Positions 52,331 through 64,000 of a stretch of DNA of 64,000 nt are shown one piece after another. The translations under genes and the position numbers were made by a program. The notes under the pieces are model-generated. The model did no database searches. It saw only the letters and a list, made by a program, of their open reading frames with translations, and was not told the origin of the DNA. The stretch is from Epiperipatus broadwayi (lineage: Eukaryota > Animalia > Onychophora), in NCBI GenBank assembly GCA_028023455.1, contig JAQFVV010000003.1:18352001-18416000 (forward strand). Direction: 5' to 3'. The stretch's first letter is position 1, and every line of letters starts with the position of its first letter.

Positions 52331-54002
52331 GCCAAATTGTAGTTGTCGTGTATAAGGTTTATGTACATATAAAAGAAGACGTTTTTTTTTTTTTTTTGAT
52401 AGGCCATAGTCAAATTATATAATTTATTAAATTTGTCTATTATATAATTAAATACACATTTCATTTGTATGAATTCAAAATTCATATTCAAGGAAATAAA
52501 AATATTCAAAAATAATTTTTAAGTATTAACCGCAATAAAAAAGCAGATTAAATAATTAATTTGTTATATACACTATGGATTAAATGGATGAGAACCTTAT
52601 CATGATCCACCCTTTAAATAGTATACATTAGGATACGAAACTGCTATATCTGGGAACTGTCCCTATACTACCAGACAGATATAGGCTTATATAAAAATTC
52701 ACTTACTAATAATAATATTACTGCAGCAACTTAGGATTATGATTATTAATACAACCATTATAAACATTTTAATTACAGATATATACATATTAACAATTTA
52801 TATAAAGCATATATATATATGTACATACCTGAAGAATGTTCTCAAATAATAATAAAGTCAATGTGGCCTGCTTAGTCCTTAGACCTGCTTTGCCACGTTC
52901 GGAGGCAAGTCTCTCCGCAATATTAGCTATCAAGGGCAATACACGATGACATCCAGCATCGTTGTTATTACAAGTACACCTGCATACTTTTAGCTTCCAT
53001 GAGACAATTGTTTTCGGGTTCTTTTCTTTACAAATCTTTCACAATTAATAATCTAATTGATTGGGTCATTTAGATCCTGCTGACATTGTCTAATGTTATT
53101 TATCTGTAAATGCATCGCTTACTAGTAATTTCTTCTTTTTAATTGTCACTAATTAATTAGATCACTTTCTGTTGAAATTGTTATCTCTTTTGCTCTTTAA
53201 GAATTTAATGAAGATGTTTCCTGGATTTATAATTAATCTTTTAGTAATATTAATTCTTTTATCTATTGCTTCAATCAGTTTTAATTTTACTTTTTATTTA
53301 AATGTAATATATTTATTTTTAAACTTTAACTGAGTATGTATTTCAACTTATATGCACATTTTAAACACACAATTATTTATAACTGTTTTTACCCATATAT
53401 GTGTATTTATTTTAACTTACACATATAAACATAGCAGAAACATAATGAAAACCAGACCTATGTGGATGAACTCCTACAGCAGATGATGAATTTCCTCAAT
53501 AAAACTATTAACATGAACTCCTGCAGTATTGTGAGGGATAGCTCCTCCAGGACTACAGAAATGAGCATTCTAGATTCTTGGAAATGAAACATGACTACAT
53601 AATGTTGGCAATTATGAAATAAGTCAAGTACTGATATAACTTCTATAGAACAATCTTCTCTTCACTTAGGTTATACAATGAAATTACTTCAACATATACT
53701 ACAGAGTGTATATCAAAATAAAAATGAGATCCTTTACAAATTAATTCTTTAGCACAACATCTTATAAATGGATTTCAAGACTCTCACCATTCTTCTAATA
53801 ATGAATATCTTCCTAAAATTCCTGGTTTTACATTAATTATTGTATAAATGCATTTTAAATATGGTATGTCAATTTTGTTTCATATCATCTTGTAAAACAA
53901 ACAACTTTCATTGCCAAGATAGTTTGAATAATACTGCTTTCACAATTATATAGATAATTTTGTAATAACTGAAATACAGGCTTATTATATACCTACATCA
54001 AT

Positions 54003-54232
54003 ATATGTAATATATAGGATATATGAGCACAGATTTTCACATGATTCGCCACTCTCCATTCTATCTCATAACACTGATATACGGATGATTGCTGGTTTAG
54101 CATGAAATATGTATATTGGTGATTATTTATCTTTTTGACATATATGTGTTCAAATGTATCAATGTTATGAGATAGAGTGGAGAATGGTGTGTCGTGTAAA
54201 AGTCTGTGCTCATATACCCTATATATTACATA
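54003..54232. repeat. MITE-like element with ~75 bp inverted arms
   Basis: tatgtaatatatagg.tatatgagcacaga...ctatctcataaca pairs with tgttatgagatag...tctgtgctcatata.cctatatattacata. Confidence 0.8.
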
Positions 54233-55354
54233 GATAATTTTTGTGTATACAATACTTACAAACCTCCCAATACAGATTTAGTTCTATCCTCTTTGTTTAG
54301 ATCTTGATTCACCTATATTTATAGGGGATTTCAATTCTCATAGTAGCCTTTGAAGATATGTTAATGAGAATCAAGTCACATTTAGAAAAAATGTATTTAA
54401 ATGATTTGCACTTATTTTATGATGCCAAGAAATGAGGTACATTTTATTTGGGCAGATGAGAAACAGAAACAGCTCCTGATTTATATTTGCTCACTTTGAC
54501 AATTTTTTTTTATCATTATCTCTTAATAGTGCATTATTTCCTTACTGTTAAAATAAACGAAGTCTAATTATTTTTGGAATCTACCTTCCTATAAGTGAGA
54601 GTTATTCTATTCCAAAATGAAATTTAAGAAAAACTAACTGAAGTCAATATATTCAAAATCTTGAAAAAACTTTTAATAGAATCTCTCCAATTACCTTTTG
54701 TTGTAATAAATTTAACATAGTCATAATATGAACTGCCAGAGAACCCATTCTTCAAGGATATTGAAAATAATTTATCCTAAATTAGAACAAAACCAACAGA
54801 ATTTTTACAGCTACTTTTTGCTATAATCTTTCCAATTTACTCTTATTATGATAAATTTAACAAGCTCGTAATATCAGCTGCCAGAGAACTTATCCTTGAA
54901 GGATATTAAAATTAATTGATTTCAAATTAGAACAAAACCAGAAATAATCTTTATAGATATTATTTTGTCGATATATCCCCCATTGATAGCATAAACCAAG
55001 TCGAATCACTTTTGGAGTCTATTTTCTTATAGTTAAAAATTATTCTGTTCCAAAATGGAATTTAATGAAAATTAGTTGGAGTCAATATAAATACAATCTC
55101 TACACTTTACTTTAAACACTTTTTAGCAAAAAAAAAATCTGATATTTTGACAGTCCTGCAGTCTTTGTCAGAGCTTTGATATAATGACAAAAAATAATAT
55201 AAATAAATAATACAATAAAAAATGTAATCAGTAATAAAATATAATTAAACATAATAAAATTAAAATAAATTAAATAGGATAAAATGGAATTAGAACCATA
55301 TAAAATAATCCAGATAATTTAAAGTAAAATATACAACATTAAATTGAAATATAA

Positions 55355-57165
55355 AATAAATATAGATTATATATATATTCCTGCCTGTATGTATATATTC
55401 ATGAACAAACATTAATTTAAATATATTATAACTTTTATTATTTTTTAGTAATCTCCTAATTATTAATATTTCTTATAAATTAAAACTAATTTTTATCCCC
55501 AAATGAATAAAATAGTGATTATTTTATCTCTATATATTTCTCTATTTAATATTAATTCATTTATTAAAAATATTATTTTTAATTTTTAATTATATATAAT
55601 ATCTGTTACTTTCTTATTCATTCTTCTGTTATTAATATTTTATATTTATTTCTTTATTTCTCAGCTAAAAATCATAAATATTATAAATCTTTTTTAACTT
55701 ACCCATTCCTATTTCAAATTTCTTAAAAATATTTTCCATGAAAACATTTTTTTTATTTTTTTATTTAAATAGTTATTTTATGTCCTAACTCCTTCTATTA
55801 CATATTATTTAAACTAACTATATCTATAATCATTACAACTCTTCCTTTTTATTTATGCATTTTTATATTTTTATTTATATACTTTAGCTTACTAATCCAT
55901 ATCATTTATAACCTTATTACTATTATTATGTAATTTTTTTCTTATAAATTCATATTTCACATTTACTTGAATATTATGTTGTTTTTTTATCTCATAAACA
56001 TATCATCTATAAATACATTTATATTTCTATTTAAAAAATTTATAAACATATATTTATATAAGTAATTTTCTTTTTACATATTTTCCTTTATTTATATTTT
56101 TGTTTTATCTTTTTTATTAGCATTGTTTCTTTCCTTAACACTGTCTGTACATAACATCACTTTCAATGAACTTTTTATAAATGCCTCGTTTTCCTCATAT
56201 GTATTATATATATTGATAATTTATTTTCTAAAATGTGTTATTTTAACCTTGTTTTCATATAGAATTTTTTCCCACATATTTGTTTTAAATTACCAATGTG
56301 TAAATATATAAAGGAAATTATACAAATTTATAGAAAGTTTAACAAAAATGATGTTATATATAGACAATATTAAGAAAATAAAAAATAAAAACAGCAATAC
56401 TAATAAAAAGATAAAACCAAAATTAAATAGAGGTTTTGGGGTTAGGATGATTTTATAAAGATATTTATTTAAAAAAGATATATAAAAGAAAATATGTAAA
56501 GAGAAAATTACTTATATAAATATGGGTTTGTAAACTTTTTTAAATAGGAGTATAAATGTGAAGGTATTTATAGTTGTTATGTGTTTATGAAAGAAAAAAA
56601 TTAGCATAACATTCATGTATAAAATAATATATGAAATATAAATTTATAACAAATAATTTTATAATAATAATGTTATAAATGATATATATTAATAAGTTAA
56701 AGCATATATTTAAATAAATAAGAGTTGTAGTGATAATAGATATAATTAGTTTAAATAATATGTAATAGAGAGATTTAGGATAAATGATAACAATTTTTGT
56801 TTTTTAAACAAAGTTTTTGGGATATATTTAGGAAATTGAAATAGGAGTAGGTAAGTTAAAAAAAGATTTATAATATGATTTTTAGCTGTAAAATAAAAAT
56901 ATAAGTATAAAATATTATTAATAATAAAAGAAAGAATAAGAAAAAAATAGATATTGTATATAATTTAAAAATTAAAAATATTTTTACTAAATGAATTAAT
57001 GTTAACCAGACAAATATATAATAAATATTTTTTTAATTTGGGGATAAAATTAGTTTTAATTTGTAAGAAATGGTAATAATTAGGGGATTACTAAAAAATG
57101 ATAAAAGAAATAATATATTTAAATTAATGTTTGTTTGTAAATATATGTGTATATTGTAACTATAT
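55355..57165. repeat. ~1.8 kb AT-rich foldback element with ~850 bp arms
   Basis: 55360-56250 is the reverse complement of ~56370-57160 (for example aaacattaatttaaatatatt...gtaatc.cctaattatt at both ends); no coding capacity. Confidence 0.8.
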
Positions 57166-57197
57166 GGAATTTATGGCATACAACAACATAATAGTGT

Positions 57198-59958
57198 TTT
57201 ATTGAAGATTTGTGATGATGATGTTCTATTCGTATTTTTATACTGGACTATTTCCATCATCTAATATGAGTATTTAATGTCTTTAGAAAAATTTAACTTT
57301 ATTTAAATATTCCAAATACATTCAACTGTTAGTAATAGCACACCAAGCAGTTTAGTATATGTCCAATGTTTCAAGAGATATTATTCTCCCATCTTCTTCG
57401 GGTGTTGCTGACCAGTAACAGTACTAGCATGTGATTCAAATCTAAACCTTTGGATTCTTGAGTATTGAATTTTTAAGGTAATGCTATAACCAACTGAGCC
57501 ATTCTGCCAAAAGCAAAAGTCAATAGAAATTTCATATACTTATCTATAAGATTCCTCCTGATTTCTCAATTTTTTCTAAGAGCAAAGTTGATTAGTGGTT
57601 TCCATACTTTATGTATAGTCATGCTAGGTTGGCTTATGGGATTTTTTGCCATTGTCATGTGAGAAGCTTCTTTAAATTTTCTTCTTTATACTCTTCTTCT
57701 CTATCCAATATTTTTGTATTTTCTCAATCGAACATATGTTCATTAGCAAACCCATGGTCTGCTACTTTAGACACATCTGTTTTTTCTCTTCTAATCATCA
57801 GTTTGTGTTTGGGCAAGTGCTTTTCAATGGGATGACTGGTCTCACCAATATATTTTCTTCCACATTCACATAGTATTTTATAGATGCAGTTTTTCCTTTT
57901 CAGAATTTCAAGTTTAGGATTTGTAGATGTTAGAATTCTCATAGTGTGGTATGGCTCTGGAAAGGTGTTATGATATACTGATTATAGATTTTCCTTAATT
58001 TGTCTATTTTTGGAATGTATGGATACACTATAGTATCAATAATTGTCTTTTCTCTTGATGGTTCTTTTTGTTGTCTATTTAACATTTTCTTAATAACAGC
58101 TGATGGTTAACCATTTTTCATTGTTCTATATAGATCTTTTTCAAATTGCTGGTTTCTGCACAAACTCTTTTGCTCAAAGTGATAATATAATTCCATGTTT
58201 TGTGTTTCTGGTGTGATTGGATGTCTAGTCTGGGTATTTTCCTGTATGTGTAGGTTTTTGGTAAACTGTATTTTTGATTTTGCCATGAGGAAGTCTTGTC
58301 ACAAGAACATCTAAGAATGCCAATTTCTGTTCTTGTTCTGATTCTATTGTGAATTTAATTGAAGGGTATTTGCTGCCAATGTGTTTCCAAAAAGTTTGTA
58401 GCAGCACTTTCCCATGTGGCTAAACAACAAATGTATCATCCATGTAGTGAAAACAAACTTTAGGTGGATAAGGAGTAGTTTTTATGGCTAAGGTTTCAAG
58501 TTCTTCCATGTAAATATTACTAATTGGAGGAGACAATGGTGACCCCATAGCTATTTCTTGATTTTTTTTGGAAAAATTCTGTGTTATATTGAAAGTAGGT
58601 TGTTTTTATACATAGTGTTAATAGTTCCATGATACTATCAATAGGAAGAGCTGTTCTGGTTTGTAAATTATTATCCCATTTAATCTTTTCCTTACAATAG
58701 ACAATGCTTTTTCACATGGTACATTCATGAATAAATGTTCCATATCAAAGCTTATCAGTAAGTCAGTTCTTTCAGTTGATTAATTCTACAAAGTGCCTAG
58801 AATCTCTGATATAGGACTGGGTCTTATATGCTTAAGGACTTAGAACTTTGAGAAGAAATCTTGCCAAATTTTGGCAAGGGGAATCTCTAGAACTAACAAT
58901 AGGTCTTAATGGAACATGTTCCTTATGGATTTTAGGTAGACCATAAAGATGAGAATTTTGCTGAAATATGTTATTTTACTTTTTTCTGAATCAGCGAAGT
59001 ACCTGTGGTGCTTTCTGAGTAATGCTTATAACTTTGTTTTCATACTTGGTATCAGATTTTTTTGCCACTTTTCTATATTGGCCTCCTGTGAGGAGTTTTT
59101 ATATTCAGTTGTCATAATCAGTTGTATTCATTACAATTATCACATTGTATTTATCAGCAGGGAGAATAATTATAGTCATCTACTCTGAGAGATTTAATTC
59201 CTTTCATCTCATCATAAGATATATTCAACTTCAATTTTTGTTGCTTGTCAAGTGTTCTTTTTATTCTCCAGCATAATTCTTCTGCTTCTTCTAAAGGCAA
59301 TTTTTGAATGACTTTCTCAGTGGCTGCCATTATATCTAATAAAGGGATATTAGAATGGTGTTATGACAAAGTTTAATCCTTTTTCAAGAACAGAAATTTT
59401 AGTATCTGTTAGATGTTTAGAACTGAAATTTTTAACAGATGAAGTTGATACATTGCTTGGTACATTATGATTTTTGAGATGCTCATCCTAAGTTAGCAAG
59501 TTTTTCTTTTGGCATTCTTTTATTTTTCCATATAATGTAGAATATGATTTTTTTAATCCTTGGTAAACTCTCATGAAGTCTTCATCAGTAAGTTTATTTT
59601 TTAGAAAACATTCTACATTATTAATGGAATGCATTGTTTGATACTTAAAAAACCTGTGAGCACTTATTATTTCTCTTAGCAGAGCTTCACTTGCTCTCTG
59701 AATAATTTTCTCAGCCCTCTTACAGTGAATTGGAGGTATTAGTTGCAAACCTTTAGGAATTACTTCAGATTTACATTTACATAAGAAAATTAAATGATTT
59801 TCTACTTTGGCCAGCTTTAGACATAATTTTTCCTAATATGTAAAGTTTGATATAGTATCAGGTCCATACCAAATACTTAATGTTTTCCCGAAGGTTTGCG
59901 ATAATGGTGTTCTAGTCATATTTTTATATTGGATTATTTCTATCTTTAGAGATTCATG
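57198..59958 (-). mobile_element. Penelope-like element, near-complete decayed ORF (RT + GIY-YIG) with 3' terminal repeat
   Basis: NHLIFLCKCK..IPKGLQL...ASEALLRE N-terminus; FD...LF.NVP, GIAMGSPLSP and YMDDTF; IKFTIESEQEQKLAFLDVLV; IYKILCECGRKYIGETSH; HHR-like motif at 57366-57402. Confidence 0.92.
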
Positions 59959-61641
59959 TTGCCAAAATTTGGCAAGATTTCTCCTCAAAGTTTTAAGTCC
60001 TTTGGCATACAAGACCCAGTCCTTTGTCAGGTATTCTAGACACTTTGTAGAATTAATCATGAACATTAAAATTGAAATAACTGACTTATTGGTAAGTTTT
60101 GATGTGAAAAGTTTATTCATGAATGTACCATGCGAAGAAGCATTTTTATTGTAAGGAAACAATTAAATAGTAATAATAGTTTACAAACCAGAACAGCTCC
60201 TCCTATTGATAGTATAATAGAATTATTAATATTGTGCATAAAAGCAACCTATTTTCAATACAATACAGAATTCTTCCAATAAAATCAATGAATGGCTATA
60301 GGCTCACCATTGTCTCCCTGATTAGCAATATTTACATGGAAGAACTTGAAACCTTAGCCATAAAAACTACTCCATATGGACCTAAAGTTTGGCTTCACTA
60401 TGTGGATGATACACTTGTTATACAACCACATGGTGAAGGACTGCTACAAACTTTCTGGAAACATATCAGCAACATATCTCCTTCAATTAAATTCACAAAA
60501 GAAGCAGAAGAACAACAAAAATTGGTAGTCTTAGATGTACTTGTGATAAGACTCCCATGGCAAAATCAAAACTACAGTTTACCAAAAAGCTACACATACA
60601 GGAAAATAACTATCCTATACATCCAATCACATTAGAAACATAGAACATGGAGTTACACTATCACTATGGAACAGAGCAAAGGAAGTTTGTTCAGGAGCCA
60701 GCAATTTGGAAAAAGAAAAGATCTATATAGAACAAACTCTTATGAAAAATGGTCATACATCAGCTGTTATTAAGAAAATGTTAAATAGACAACTAAAAGA
60801 ACCATCAAGAGAAAAAATAATTATTGGTAATGTAGTGTACCCATACATTCAAAAAATAGTAGACAAATTAAGAAAAATCTGAAATCAGTATAATAACAGA
60901 ATAGCTTTCCAGAGCCATACCACATTACAAGGAATTCTAACATCTACAAAAGCTAAACTTGAAATGCCAAAAAGAAAAAACTGCATTTATGAAATACCAT
61001 GTGAATGTGAACGAATATATATTGTTGATACTAGCCATCCCATTGAAAAGTGCTTTCAAGAACCCAAGCTGATTAATAGAAGAGATAAAACAGATGAGTT
61101 GAAGGTAGCAGATGATGTAGGTACCAATGAACATATTATGTTCAATTGGAAAAATACAAAAATCAATAGAGAAGAAAAAGTACAAAGAAGAACATTTAAA
61201 GCAGCTGCTCACATGGTAATGGCAAAAAATTTCATAAGCCAAGCTAGCATGACTATACATAATGTATGGAAAACACTAATCAACTTTGCTCATAGGAAAA
61301 AGTGGAGAAATCAATAGAAACCCTTACAGATAAGTAAATGAAATTTCTACTGACTGTTGTCTTTGGCAGGTTAACTCAGTTGGTTAATGTTACCTTAAAA
61401 ATTCAATACTCAAGAATCTGAGTCCAGGTTCAAGTCCCATGTTAGTACTGTCATGGGTCAGGCCAACAACACCTGAAAGAAGAGGAGAGAATAATACCTC
61501 TTGAAATGTTGTGCATATACTAACCTGTTTGATGTGCTATTACTAACAGTTGAATGTATTTGGAATATTTGAATAAAGTTAAATTTTTCTAAAAACATTC
61601 AATACTCAAATTATATGATGGAAATAGTCCAATATTAAAAT
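59959..61641 (+). mobile_element. 5'-truncated Penelope-like element inverted relative to the left copy
   Basis: LVSFDVKSLFMNVP, WLHYVDDT, IYEIPCECERIYIVDTSHP; begins at the palindrome 59959-59975; HHR-like motif at 61473-61510; about 85-90% identical to the left copy by eye. Confidence 0.92.
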
Positions 61642-64000
61642 ACAACATAATAGTGTGTGTGCTCAAATATATAGTAGAAATAAACACAGTCAAATTTTTT
61701 TGTAGGTATTTTCTACATTTTACTAGAATAACAACAATAAAGGGTTAAATAATTTTGAATTTAAAATAAAATTTTATTATAAATTAGACATTTAAAAAAG
61801 ATCTAATAAATATTTTTATTGAATTCTGATTTTGAAATTAAAACAAACATGTTTTATAACAATAGATATCCTAAATAATTATAAAATTTTCGCATTTATT
61901 TTAGAAATCTTTTTTTAAAAATTAAAACTTGTATAACATTTTTGTAAAATGTCTACTCTCTGTTTTAGAAATCTTTTTTTAAGTAAAACTTGTAGATTAT
62001 ACATTGATAAAATTTCAAAGTTGTTTGTAAAAGGATTACAGTAAATTGAAAAGATAGGATAAACATTTCTATGTTAATGTTTTCTTCCCCACCATACCCA
62101 AGCTACAAAAAGAGTTGACAAAACAATTAAGAGTAATTGGGTTTCAGTCATACAGAATGACCCTGAAGATATAATTGAAGGAAAGATAGTGCATACAGCA
62201 GTGGCTACTAGTTCATGATGTTGGAGTTTGAATTCATATGGAAGAAAAGTCAACTTCCAGTGTTTCATAGACCTAATGTGGACAAATTAGTTAGCTTGCC
62301 TAAAGTCTATACAGTACTAGACAAAAAGCAGATCACTACAGACCAAGTTACTTAGACTATACATGTATCAATGGTGACACTTACCCAGAGAATCCATCAG
62401 CTTGCTGAAGAATTGGTATATGTATGTTGCTTTGTCTATATGCAAAGGATCACAGATAAATGTACGGCATCATATTTATATAATGTGGATCTTGTGAGTT
62501 ATTTCAAATAATTCCTTTAAAATGACATTTTAAAAGTGATATATATATATATGGAGAAAATATTATTTTAAATCATTTTTTAAAAATCTATAATTATAAG
62601 CAAATAATTTTTGCTTGAATTAAAAATCTTAAAAGTAAAGATTTGATTCATCTCCGAAAGTATTTCTCAATTGAAAAACAAAGAAATTTGCTAGAGGATT
62701 TTTTTTTAAAAGATGCTTATATAGCTAATCAACAGTAACCGGTCAAAGATGTGTTATTTTTATAAAATGTGTTATTTTTATAAAAAAGAAAAACTTTTAT
62801 TGATCATAAAAGAGAAGCTAATTAATAATTTTAATTTGTGTCATCTATATTTTATGTATACATACATTATATATGTGCAGTTATGTCAAAATATATTTTT
62901 AATAATTTTATTTTGATAAATTACAATATCATGGTATAAACATCAGCATGCACATACATTTCTATGTGCACACACATACATGCTAATAAATTATACTGCA
63001 CATATGTACAATGATATATATTGAACCGGATACTCCCTGTTTCAAGAATTCCATTACAAAGTTAAATCTAATTTTTAATTTTATAAAATATTAAAAGAAA
63101 ATTGTTTTTAAAGTCACGTATGTTATTCTATTTTATATATTAAAAGTGGTTGCATTGACACACCTATTCTGCAATATTTTAAAATTCTGTGATTTTAATT
63201 TTGTCTTCAATAGATTTTACTTTTAGTTTAAAAATAAGTTTTTTTTTGACACTTTTTTTCTCCAATTTTTAAAAAACATAATTTAAGAAGTTTTAATCCT
63301 TTCTGAGAAAGCTTTTAATTTTGAAAGTTTTAATTACATTCGTTTCTTTGTTTGTAAACTAATTTTAATTTTTTGTAAAAAGAAAGCTGAGACTTAATTT
63401 TATATTTACTTTTCTTTAATTAATTTTTAAGAACCCTGGTCAGAATTTTTAATTAAAATTAAGCATAAGATAGGGATTGGTCCTCGTCAAAAATTGCTAA
63501 TTAAAGATGACATAGAAGATAACAGCTCACATAAATAGCCCTGGATTTCAGACTGATTATTCTCTGCAAAATTTTCTGATGCTGCTTGTTATAAGTACTT
63601 TTCTGCTGGCTAATTTTTAATTGCTAAATCTTGTTATTCTGCCAGTGAAAATTATTCAGATTGCTGTGCTGTCTTACCTGATATTTCGCTTATATCATAT
63701 TATGAACTACTTTTCACTAAATAATAATCATCCAAACAGAATGCCAAAAATATACACTATGAGAAATCTCCACATGCAGTGCTAAATCCTTCCAAGATGA
63801 ACTTCGGAGCTTCAACCATGCCACCAAGATCATGTCATAAAAGCCTGATCCAGAATTGACTCCAAAATTGTCTCCAGACACCTGAACATATGAATGGAAG
63901 CTAGTCTAAGTAAGAACTTGAAAAATAACTAAACTATGTGCAATGCTGAAAGACATCAGCCGGACTTAAACTTATACCTTGAGGTAACATTTTCATTTTC

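Noticed and set aside
61365-61439. Functional tRNA genes (also 28033-28085 and 42617-42692)
   Set aside because: No cloverleaf or anticodon arm; only decayed A/B boxes inside repeats.

Overview
AT-rich animal (probably invertebrate) genomic DNA made mostly of decayed transposons. The species cannot be identified from the sequence. One host gene is supported: a minus-strand PIERCE1/2 (C9orf116/UPF0691)-family ciliary microtubule-inner-protein gene. It has three coding exons (52034-51981, 39467-39311, 21586-21453) that splice in frame across ~12.5 kb and ~17.7 kb introns, and an RFX X-box-like site ~100 bp upstream of the ATG. The expected last exon was not found and may lie beyond position 1. 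Transposon remnants include RTE LINEs, a Mag-type Ty3/Gypsy element with both LTRs, a second Gypsy 3' end, a near full-length L1/Tx1-like LINE, a piggyBac transposase, other LINE fragments, tRNA-derived SINE-like pieces, many foldback/MITE hairpins, and a head-to-head inverted Penelope-like element (PLE) pair inside one 15-bp target-site duplication. The most unusual signal is at least ten minimal hammerhead-ribozyme (HHR) motifs from several unrelated families. They occur in the PLE terminal repeats (behind a tRNA-like A/B-box module), in a tRNA-headed SINE-like repeat, and in the arms of inverted-repeat elements, and one family has a covariant A3-U8 catalytic core. All alignments, folds and identities were done by eye; no database search was run.
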